DNA of 64,000 nucleotides from an uncultured Chloroflexia bacterium (GTDB taxonomy: Bacteria; Chloroflexota; Limnocylindria; QHBO01). Each line of letters begins with the position of its first letter. The stretch's first letter is position 1. This document shows, piece by piece, positions 44,234-52,586 of this stretch. Below the pieces are notes generated by a model, which saw only the letters and a list, made by a program, of their open reading frames with translations, was not told where the DNA came from and ran no database searches. The DNA lies in contig CAVZPD010000028.1 of NCBI GenBank assembly GCA_963777045.1, positions 25,183-89,182 on the forward strand, in the 5' to 3' direction. A program made the translations under genes and the position numbers.

Positions 44234-44395
44234 ATGACGATTCAGCTCGACTGCAGCTGGTGCCAGGAAGAGGTCGATTTCGAGGTCGACGAGACCCGGG
44301 ACGAGCTCACCTGCCCGGCGTGCAACACCCGAACCGAGTTCGCACCGGACACCGCGACCACCTTCGGCCTCCTGTACGAGCAGCTCGCCGCCTAG
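44234..44395 (+). CDS. putative 53-aa zinc-ribbon micro-protein
   Basis: Not in the track because it is shorter than 60 aa. It reads MTIQLDCSWCQEEVDFEVDETRDELTCPACNTRTEF..., with CxxC ... CxxC. Its TAG shares the CTAG tetranucleotide with the convergent S9 peptidase stop. Confidence 0.45.
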   Translation: MTIQLDCSWCQEEVDFEVDETRDELTCPACNTRTEFAPDTATTFGLLYEQLAA

Positions 44396-46551
44396 GCCAG
44401 CTCCTCGGGGAGCGGGACGCCCAGGCCCTCGAGCAGGTGCTTCACCGTCCGCCGGTCGCGCGTTGCGAGGCCGGAAGCGGTGCGCGTCTTGTGGCGGTCA
44501 GCGGGCAGGACGACGAGCTCGATGTCACGGCCGGCGCCCTGCAGCTCCGCGACGAGCCGCAGGGAGTGGCGGAGGTGGACGTTCTCGTCGATCGCCCCGT
44601 GGATGAGCAGCAGGTTGCCGCGAATCGCCGCCGCTCGACCGAGCACCGATGACGCAGCGTAGCCATCCGGCTCGGCGTCGGGCGTGCCGAGGTAGCGCTC
44701 CGTGTAGGCGGTGTCGTAGCCGTCCCAGCCGGTGACCGGCGCCACTGCCACGCCCACCTTGAAGAGCTCGGGCTCCTCCGCCATCGCCCGCAGGGTCATG
44801 AAGCCGCCGTAGCTCGCGCCCGTGATCGCCACGCGGGAGGCGTCGATTTCGCCGCGATCAGCGAGCTGGCGGACCGCGGCCGCCTGGTCCTGGACCTCGA
44901 CCTCTCCCAGTCGGGCCTGGATCGGACCTTCGAACGCGAGGCCGCGGTCCGTCGACCCGCGTCCGTCCACCACCAGCACCGCGACGCCGGCCCGGGCCAG
45001 GTACTGCCGCAGCGGATGGGCCGTGGTCGTCCATTCGCGCTTCGCGTACTGCTGGTGGGGTCCGGCGTAGACCCAGACGACGCAGGGCGGTGGTGCGTCC
45101 GAATGCTCCACGGGCCGGTAGAGGGCCGCGTGGAGGACCGTCTCTCCGTCGGCGGCGCTCAGCTCCAGGAGCTCGGGTGGCGTGACGCCAAGCCTTGCCG
45201 CCGTCAGCGAAGGCTCCACGATGGCTCGACCGCTCCCTCGAACGTCGTCGTGCAGGACCAGCCGGGGGGAGGCGGCAAGGTCGGACCAGGTGTCGATCCA
45301 CTGCTCACCGTCGTCCGAGAAGATGGCAGCGTGCCAGCCCGGTTCGCTGGTGAGGCGCCGCGGGCGCGCCGTGGGCGCCTGGACATCCAGCGGTACCTCG
45401 TACAGGTGCTGCTCGGTCGCTCCGTCGGCGTGGCCGTGGAAGAAGACGCGCCCCTCGGTCGCGTCCAGGTGTGCGACCGACGTGACCGACCACTCGCCAC
45501 CGGTCAGCTGGCCGGAGAGCTGGCCGTCCGGCGCCCGCAGCTCGAGGTGGCGGAAGCCGGTGCGCTCGGTGGAACGCAGGATTCGGCCGTCGGGCAGGAT
45601 CCGCGTGTCCTGGTCGAGGTTGATCCACGGGTCGGCCGTCTCCGTCCAGAGATGGCGAGCCATGCCGTCGGGCGCGACCCGCAGCCAGTGGAGCGAACGC
45701 TGCGCGCGCGGCAGGACGGCGACCAGCCATCCCCCGACCGGGTGGGGGATCACCCGCGCGAGGTAGTCGCCGAGCTGCATCGGGAGCGCGACGTCCTGCA
45801 ACTGGCCGGTCAGGACCTCAACCACGCGCAGCGAGACGTCGGCATTCGGGCCGCCGGCGAACGGGTAGCGATGCTCCTCGTGGAACGGCGCTGCGTCACC
45901 GAGGTGGGCGATCGGGAACCGTGGGATCGGCGTTTCGTCGACGTGGGCGAACGCGATGTGCCGGCTGTCGACGCTCCACCACATTCCGCTGAAGCGGTCG
46001 AGCTCCTCGGCGGCGGCATACTCCGCCAGCCCGTTGAAGACGCCGTCACCGGCGTCCGCCGTCAGCCGCCGCGGCTCCCCACCGTCGATCGGGGTGAGCC
46101 AGATGTCGCCGTCGCGGATGAAGGCGACCAGGCTGCCATCGGGCGAGCCGATGACGGCATCGGCTCCCTGCACCCCGGCGACCCGGCGTGGACCGGTGTC
46201 ACCCACCAGGGCAACCGCGCCGCCACCCATCGGCACCAGCAGCACCGGCACCGGTCCGGCGGTCAGCCATGCGTACTCGGTGATGCCGAACGCGGTCGCA
46301 CGCCGTCGCTCCCTGTCGAGCTGCTCACGGTGGGTGAGCTCCATGTTGGCGTCCTGGCCGGGGTCGGACGCGACGAGCACGGTCCGTTCGCCGCTCGCCA
46401 GGTCCTGCCGCCACAGGGACTGGACCACGGAGCCGGCATCGGCCTGCAGGTAGGTGACCGCCGATCGATCCGGCGTGAAGCGAACGCTGGCCGGCCCGTC
46501 GGTGCCGGGAATCGGCAGCCGTCCCAGATCGGCCAGGCGCGGCCAGCTCAT
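44392..46551 (-). CDS. S9 family peptidase (DPP IV/prolyl oligopeptidase-like, beta-propeller plus hydrolase domain)
   Basis: A long N-terminal propeller region, the nucleophile motif ITGASYGGFMTL, and C-terminal GAIDENV ... H. Confidence 0.88.
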   Translation of the reverse strand: MSWPRLADLGRLPIPGTDGPASVRFTPDRSAVTYLQADAGSVVQSLWRQDLASGERTVLVASDPGQDANMELTHREQLDRERRRATAFGITEYAWLTAGPVPVLLVPMGGGAVALVGDTGPRRVAGVQGADAVIGSPDGSLVAFIRDGDIWLTPIDGGEPRRLTADAGDGVFNGLAEYAAAEELDRFSGMWWSVDSRHIAFAHVDETPIPRFPIAHLGDAAPFHEEHRYPFAGGPNADVSLRVVEVLTGQLQDVALPMQLGDYLARVIPHPVGGWLVAVLPRAQRSLHWLRVAPDGMARHLWTETADPWINLDQDTRILPDGRILRSTERTGFRHLELRAPDGQLSGQLTGGEWSVTSVAHLDATEGRVFFHGHADGATEQHLYEVPLDVQAPTARPRRLTSEPGWHAAIFSDDGEQWIDTWSDLAASPRLVLHDDVRGSGRAIVEPSLTAARLGVTPPELLELSAADGETVLHAALYRPVEHSDAPPPCVVWVYAGPHQQYAKREWTTTAHPLRQYLARAGVAVLVVDGRGSTDRGLAFEGPIQARLGEVEVQDQAAAVRQLADRGEIDASRVAITGASYGGFMTLRAMAEEPELFKVGVAVAPVTGWDGYDTAYTERYLGTPDAEPDGYAASSVLGRAAAIRGNLLLIHGAIDENVHLRHSLRLVAELQGAGRDIELVVLPADRHKTRTASGLATRDRRTVKHLLEGLGVPLPEELA

Positions 46552-46572
46552 TCGTGCAGGAGGCCTATCGCC

Positions 46573-47079
<507 letters not shown>

Positions 47080-47155
47080 GAGGTCTCCGGGTGTACGAAG
47101 GTGATGGACCGATGCTACCGACCGGGGCCCGCACGCGCTTGCTGCCGCGACGGCG

Positions 47156-47811
47156 TCAGTGCTCGATGTCGATCACCAGCCGCGGCGTATCGTCGAGCGT
47201 GATGACGCGGATGCAGGACTCGGCCGACATGCCCGCGTACCAGGTGCTCACCGCCTCGAAGTCGCCGCCCTCCACCAGCTCGACGAGCTTGGCGAAGCCG
47301 GGCGTGAGGTCGGTGGATCCGTCGTAGCTCGACGCTACCATCGGGCGTCATCTTCGTGCCGCCGTTGAATACGATCTGCCATGCGTACGAGCCGTCGACC
47401 TCGAGCGGCAGGCCGCTCGGATCCTGCGTGAACGGTGGCGTCGCCTGCGCGATGGTGTAGGGCGGGATCCCGTCCTCGAACTCGAACACGATGCGGTCGT
47501 AGCCGTCGTGCTGGCCGACCCGGACGTCGGTCAGCTGCGCGCGATCGGTGGTCCCGTCTCCCTCGACCGGGAAGCCGCACGCGAACGGTTCGAGGCTCGA
47601 CGTGGGCTCGGCACTGGCGGCGCTGCTCGGCTCGGTGCTCGGCGAAGCGGCCGGCGCCTCGGACGCCGGCGTCGCCGCAGGCGTGGCGGGCATGCTCTCG
47701 GCCGTCGACGCAGTCGCCGTGGGTGCGACCGTCCCGGTGCCGGCGCCCGTGCAGGCTGCGAGCATGAGCGAGGCGAGGAGGCCGGCAGGGAATGGTGGCG
47801 CGCATGTTCAT
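47156..47811 (-). pseudogene. secreted lipoprotein gene interrupted by two frameshifts
   Basis: Three frame segments join into one protein. The first is MNMRA. The second is PPFPAGLLASLMLAACTG (lipobox), then a Pro/Ser/Ala linker, then GYDRIVFEFEDGIPPYTI ... FNGGTKMTPDG. The third is SSYDGSTDLTPGF ... TPRLVIDIEH-stop. The frame shifts near 47795 and near 47335. Confidence 0.55.
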
Positions 47812-47866
47812 CGCGTGGTCATGGCTTGGATTTCACCTTCGTATGCGTGTCGGACTGCGGATCAGA

Positions 47867-47888
47867 GGCCGCGGACTGAGCCGCGGCC
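47867..47888 (-). terminator. stem-loop downstream of the sigma factor gene
   Basis: GGCCGCGG, a 6-nt loop, then CCGCGGCC gives an 8-bp stem. There is no U-tract. Confidence 0.35.
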
Positions 47889-47918
47889 ACGCCTAGAACG
47901 CGGCAAGGCCCCTGCCTG

Positions 47919-49172
47919 TTACGCCTGCTCGTCGACGTGGAGCGCCGCCAGGCGCTGCTCGAGGAGGCGGCGCTCGCCCGGGTTTTCCGTCAGGCTCAGC
48001 GCACGGCGGTTCGCCTCGACGGCCTCCCGTGGCCGGGCGCTACGGCGCAGGAGCTCGGCGCGCGCGGCGTGGAACAGGTGGTAACCGTCCAGCCGCTCCA
48101 CCAGCGGTTCGATCTGCGCCAGCGCGGCGGCGGGGCCGGCGAGCTCGGCGAGCGCGAGCGCTCGATTGAGGGCGACCACCGGCGTGGGCTGCAGCGCGAA
48201 GAGGCGGTCGTAGAGCGTCACGATCTCGGACCAATCGGTATCGGCGTAGGTGGCTGCAGACGCATGCACCGAAACGATGGCCGCCTGCAGCTGGTACGGA
48301 CCGGGACGGCCGCGGCGCATGGCCCGCTGCAGCAGCTGGCGCGACTCGCCGATCCGGTCGTGGTCCCAGAGCGACCTGTCCTGGTCGGGGAGCAGGACCA
48401 GCGACCCGTCGGCATCGAAGCGGGCGGGGCCGCGCGCCAGGTGCAGCCGCATCAGCGCCAGCAGGCCCATCGGCTCGGCCTCGTCGGGCATGAGCTGCGC
48501 GAGCAACGAGGTGAGCCACTCGGCGTCCGACGCCAGGCCACGTCGTTCCACGGCGTCAGCGGCGCTGGCGAGGTATCCCTCGTTGAAGATGAGGTAGAGC
48601 ACCGAGAGCACCTGCGCCAGGCGCTCGGGGAGCTCGGCCGGCTCCGGGACCCGATAGGGGATGCCCGCATCGCGGATCTTCCGCTTGGCGCGCACGAGCC
48701 GCTGCGCGACGGTTGCCTCGGGCACCAGGAAGGCTCGTGCCACCGCCCCCGTCTCCAGGCCGCCAATGCTGCGCAGCGTGAGGGCCACCTGCGCCTCCCT
48801 GCTCAGGGCGGGATGGCAGCAGGTGAACATCAACCTCAGGCGGTCATCGGTCTCCAGCACCCCGCCGGTCTGCATCGGTCCATCCAGGTGCGTGGCCTCA
48901 GCCGTCAGCTGGGCCAGCCGGTCACGGTAGCGAGCCTGGCGGCGAACGCGGTCGACGGCCCGCCGCCGAGCCGTGGTCATGAGCCACGCGCCCGGGTTTC
49001 GCGGGATCCCCTCCGAGGGCCAGTGCTCGATTGCCGCGACGGCGGCGTCCTGGACCAGCTCCTCGGCTGCGTCCCAGTCGCCCAGGATGCGAACCAGCGC
49101 CGCGGTCAGCCGCATGCGCTCCTCGCGCAGCACGTCCTCCAGCGACCTGTCGACCCGGGAGCGCTCGACCAA
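47919..49172 (-). CDS. ECF sigma factor with long C-terminal TPR-like extension (ECF42-type)
   Basis: Sigma region 2 (DAAEELVQDAAVAAIEHWP) and region 4 (VARAFLVPEATVAQRLVRAKRKI) are followed by about 220 aa of helical repeats. A YciI-like gene sits immediately upstream, as described for this group. Confidence 0.85.
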   Translation of the reverse strand: MVERSRVDRSLEDVLREERMRLTAALVRILGDWDAAEELVQDAAVAAIEHWPSEGIPRNPGAWLMTTARRRAVDRVRRQARYRDRLAQLTAEATHLDGPMQTGGVLETDDRLRLMFTCCHPALSREAQVALTLRSIGGLETGAVARAFLVPEATVAQRLVRAKRKIRDAGIPYRVPEPAELPERLAQVLSVLYLIFNEGYLASAADAVERRGLASDAEWLTSLLAQLMPDEAEPMGLLALMRLHLARGPARFDADGSLVLLPDQDRSLWDHDRIGESRQLLQRAMRRGRPGPYQLQAAIVSVHASAATYADTDWSEIVTLYDRLFALQPTPVVALNRALALAELAGPAAALAQIEPLVERLDGYHLFHAARAELLRRSARPREAVEANRRALSLTENPGERRLLEQRLAALHVDEQA

Positions 49173-49175
49173 CGA

Positions 49176-49523
49176 TCAGCCCATCCGCTCGGCCAGCGGT
49201 CGGATCTCCAGGGCGCCCGGACCGGGCCAGCCGGAAACGAGCGAGATGGCAGCATCCAGGTCCGGTACGTCGATGATGGCGTAGCCGCCGACCGACTCCT
49301 TGGCCTCGATGAACGGGCCGTCGGTCACGCTCACGTTGCCGTCGGCAGCGCGGCGAACCGTCGTGGCTGTCTCGACGCCCTGCAGCTCGTGGCCGTCCAG
49401 GATCGCTCCCTGCGCGACCTGCTCCCCCCACCACGTCCCAATGCGCTCGTAGGTCGCGGCCTGCTGCGCCTCGTCGAGCTCCTGCCAGCCTTCTCCGCTG
49501 GCGATCAGGACCATGTACTTCAT
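49176..49523 (-). CDS. YciI (DGPF) family protein
   Basis: MKYMVLIASGEG ... VTDGPFIEAKESVGGYAIIDVPDLDAA. The ATG is preceded by GGAGGAAGAACGG. The long upstream extension in the track ORF is rejected. Confidence 0.85.
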   Translation of the reverse strand: MKYMVLIASGEGWQELDEAQQAATYERIGTWWGEQVAQGAILDGHELQGVETATTVRRAADGNVSVTDGPFIEAKESVGGYAIIDVPDLDAAISLVSGWPGPGALEIRPLAERMG

Positions 49524-49575
49524 CCGTTCTTCCTCCATGCGCCGGCACCCGTCGGCGGTGCCGCTCATTGTCAAC

Positions 49576-49602
49576 GACGAACCGACGTCCGGTGAATCGA
49601 CA
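49576..49602 (-). promoter_or_regulatory. candidate ECF-type promoter TGTCGA-N17-CGTC upstream of the yciI-sigma operon
   Basis: On the minus strand, TGTCGA (49602-49597), a 17-nt spacer and CGTC (49579-49576) sit about 50 nt upstream of the yciI start. The consensus is quoted from memory of ECF41/42 work. Confidence 0.35.
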
Positions 49603-49652
49603 CGGTGACCGAGACGGCGTGCCGGCAGGAGAGGCTGCGGCACAATGAGGAG

Positions 49653-50651
49653 ATGACCGCCGGTCGTCCCAGCCCTTCCACCCTCTCCGTCGCCGTGGCG
49701 CTGGGCGTGGTCTACGTCGTCTGGGGCTCCACCTACCTGGCCATCGCCTACGTCGTCGAGACGATGCCGCCCTTCCTGTCCGCCGGCGCCCGATTCCTGG
49801 TCGCAGGCGCAATCCTGGTCGCCTTCCTCGTCGTGCAGGACCGATGGCGCCGCCGGCGCGGCGCCGCCCGGGTTCCGCTCCCGCGTCTGGTCGAGTGGCG
49901 AACGGCGCTGGTCGTGGGCGCCCTCCTGCTGCTCGGCGGCAACGGGATGGTGATGACCGCGGAGCAGACCGTGCCCTCGGGTATCGCCGCGGTGCTGATC
50001 GCCACCGTTTCGATCTGGATGAGCCTGTTCGACGCCGCGCTCACGCGGCGACGCCCGAGCCTGCTGGCGATTGGCGGCCTCGTCGTGGGGCTGCTCGGGG
50101 TCGCCATCCTGCTGCTGCCGACCGAGGGCGTTGCCGAGCTGGATCCGAGTGGCCTCGGCCTGCTGGTGCTGGCCGCCATCGCCTGGGCTGCAGGCTCCCT
50201 CTACGCGCGTCACGGGCCGCTCCCGCAGAACCAGCTGCTGGGTACCGGCATGCAGCAGCTGGCGGGTGGCGCCTGCCTGGTGCTGGCGGCGGTCATCGTC
50301 GGCGACCCCGGGCGGCTGGACGTCGCGACCGTGTCACTCGAGTCCTGGCTGGGGCTCGCCTTCCTGGTGGTCTTCGGTTCGCTGGTCGGCTACACCGCCT
50401 ACGTGTGGCTGGTGCACAACGTGGCGGTCACGACGCTCTCGACGTACGCGTACGTCAACCCCATCGTGGCCGTCGCGCTCGGCGTGATCTTCCGCGGTGA
50501 GCAGCTGACGGCGCGGACGATGCTGGCCGCGGTCCTCATCATCGGCGCCGTGGTGGCCATGGTGAGCGGCCGTCCGCGGGGGGAGGAAGCGGGGCCGGTG
50601 CCGGAGGCAGCGGTGATCGAGGCAAGCAGTGCGGAGGAGGAACGAGCATGA
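49653..50651 (+). CDS. EamA/DMT family transporter
   Basis: The ATG follows GAGGAG. The sequence reads VVWGSTYLAIAYVVETMPPFLSAGARFLVAG, with ten TM helices in two EamA halves. Confidence 0.85.
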   Translation: MTAGRPSPSTLSVAVALGVVYVVWGSTYLAIAYVVETMPPFLSAGARFLVAGAILVAFLVVQDRWRRRRGAARVPLPRLVEWRTALVVGALLLLGGNGMVMTAEQTVPSGIAAVLIATVSIWMSLFDAALTRRRPSLLAIGGLVVGLLGVAILLLPTEGVAELDPSGLGLLVLAAIAWAAGSLYARHGPLPQNQLLGTGMQQLAGGACLVLAAVIVGDPGRLDVATVSLESWLGLAFLVVFGSLVGYTAYVWLVHNVAVTTLSTYAYVNPIVAVALGVIFRGEQLTARTMLAAVLIIGAVVAMVSGRPRGEEAGPVPEAAVIEASSAEEERA

Positions 50652-50947
50652 GCCAGCGAGACGACATCACGGTGAGCTGCCGACCCGGCGCGGAGGGCTG
50701 GGAGTGCGACGTCACCGTCGGCAGCGATCCGGGCGCCACCCGACACGCGGTCTCGGTCAGCTCGCAGCTGCTCTCGCGGCTGCGGCCCGACGTCGCGCGG
50801 CCGGACGAGCTGGTACGCAGCTCCTTCGAATTCCTCCTGGAGCGCGAGTCGCGTGCATCGATCCTGCGTCGCTTCGAGCTGCCCGTGATCGGCCGCTACT
50901 TCCCCGAATGGGAAGCCGAGATGCTCGGCTCGGCCGACGGCGGTTGA
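50648..50947 (+). CDS. hypothetical protein
   Basis: 99 aa, with ATGA overlap to the EamA gene. The conserved-looking C-terminus reads FEFLLERESRASILRRFELPVIGRYFPEWE. No family is assigned. Confidence 0.5.
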   Translation: MSQRDDITVSCRPGAEGWECDVTVGSDPGATRHAVSVSSQLLSRLRPDVARPDELVRSSFEFLLERESRASILRRFELPVIGRYFPEWEAEMLGSADGG

Positions 50948-50962
50948 CGAACGCGCGTCCCG

Positions 50963-52586
50963 TCAGCGGGTGATCTCCACCTGCGCGTACTTCCAGATGC
51001 GCTCGAGCACGTAGCGGCCGTCGCCTTCGGGATCGAGCAGCGCCGGGCGCGCCTGGAGCACCTGGACGGTGGGGTGCATGCGGACGTTCACCAGCGTGGT
51101 GCCGCTGAAGCGTCATTTCCAGGATGACGCCCTCCTGCGTCTCCTGCCACCAGCCCTGCCCGAACATGTAGTTTCCCGGACTGGCGAGGACCAGGCGCGC
51201 ATCGAGCGGCGCGCCCTCGAGGACGAGCGGCCCGGCCACGTGGGTGCCGGAGCCGACGACGTGGTCGCATCCCGCCTCGTCGAACCAGCCGAGCTGGGTC
51301 ACCTGGATCGGCCACAGGTCGTCGTGGTACTCGGCGCCGCCCCACCACTGGGGTGTGCAGATGACGAGGTCGGCGCCCGCCTCGCGGGCACGGCGCACGC
51401 CCTCGTCGACGTTCGCCTGGGTGATCCAGGGCACGCCCGCGGTGGTGGCATCCGCCGCGGCCACGCCCCATACGTCGTTGAACGCCACGAAGCCGACCTT
51501 CAGCCCGGCAACCTCCACGTAGGCCGGCTCAAGCGCCTCGTCCAGGTTCATGCCCAGCCCGGTCCTGGGGAGGCCGTACTCATCGAGCAGGTCGAGCGTC
51601 GACTGGATTCCCTGCGGTCCGTGGTCGCTCATGTGGTTGGCGGCGAGGTAGATGACGTCCAGGCCCAGCGTGTCGCGCCAGTGGGGCAGGAGATCCTCGG
51701 GGACCGAGAACGCGAAGGAGGTGTGGCTGAGGTTGGGCTGCCACTTGGCCGACTCGATGACCGGGCACTCGTGATCGGCGATCGCCACGTCGGAGCGCTC
51801 GACGACGGCCGAGGTGGCGCCGTCGTTGCCGGTCTCCACCGGCTGCACCGGGGCGTAGGGGCCCCCGTCGGGTGGATCGACGACGGGCGCCGCGGCGTAG
51901 CGCGCCGTCCCGCCCGCGAAGGCCCACGCCCATCCCTTGCCCTGGTCGACGGCCTGGAATGCCGCGCCGCGATCCGCACACAGGCTGCCCAGGTTGGTCA
52001 GCGTCCAGATCTCGGAGGGTTCATACGCCGTCCAGGACCGATCGAGCTGCCCGTCGTCAGGCATGGCAGAGCCTACGACGGGGTAGTCCATGGCCCTGGC
52101 CTGCGGGTCACCGAACAGGTCCGGCCCGAAGAGCCCGAAGGGACCCTCCCCCGCGATCCGCAGCACTTTCGTCGATGGCTCGACGAGGCCGGCAGGGAGA
52201 AGTGCCGTCGCCGCCTGGTCGGCCTCGAGTGCCGCCGGGATCTCATCGGCCCGCAGGCAGGACGCGTCGGCGTTGACGGCGAGGCCCTCGACCTCCACGC
52301 CGCACGGCACGATCAGCTCTCCGCTCGCCGACAGCGCGGCGAGCTCCTCGAGGGTGATCGCCGCCTTCAGGTTGGTGAGACCCGTCACGACCGCGAGCGG
52401 GAAGGTGTACGGCACCACGGGCGTCGCGGTCGGATCCGGCGTCGACGACGGCGAGGGTGACGGCGACGCGGGAGCGGGCGTGCCGTCATCCGTCGGGCTG
52501 GGGAGGGGACTGGCGTCGCTGCAGGCCGCGAGCAGCGAGATCGCGGCCAGGAGGCTGGCCAGCCCGGCCCGCCTGCCGCCGATCAC
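50963..52586 (-). pseudogene. CapA (PGA_cap) family lipoprotein, paralog 1, with a 1-nt frameshift near 51110
   Basis: Lipobox LLAAC and metallophosphatase-like motifs (ANHMSDHG, WWGGAEYH). After ...QEGVILEMT the frame shifts. The shifted frame reads FSGTTLVNVRMHPTVQVLQARPALLDPEGDGRYVLERIWKYAQVEITR-stop and is collinear with the intact paralog tail. The GTG start overlaps the upstream stop (GTGA). Confidence 0.65.
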
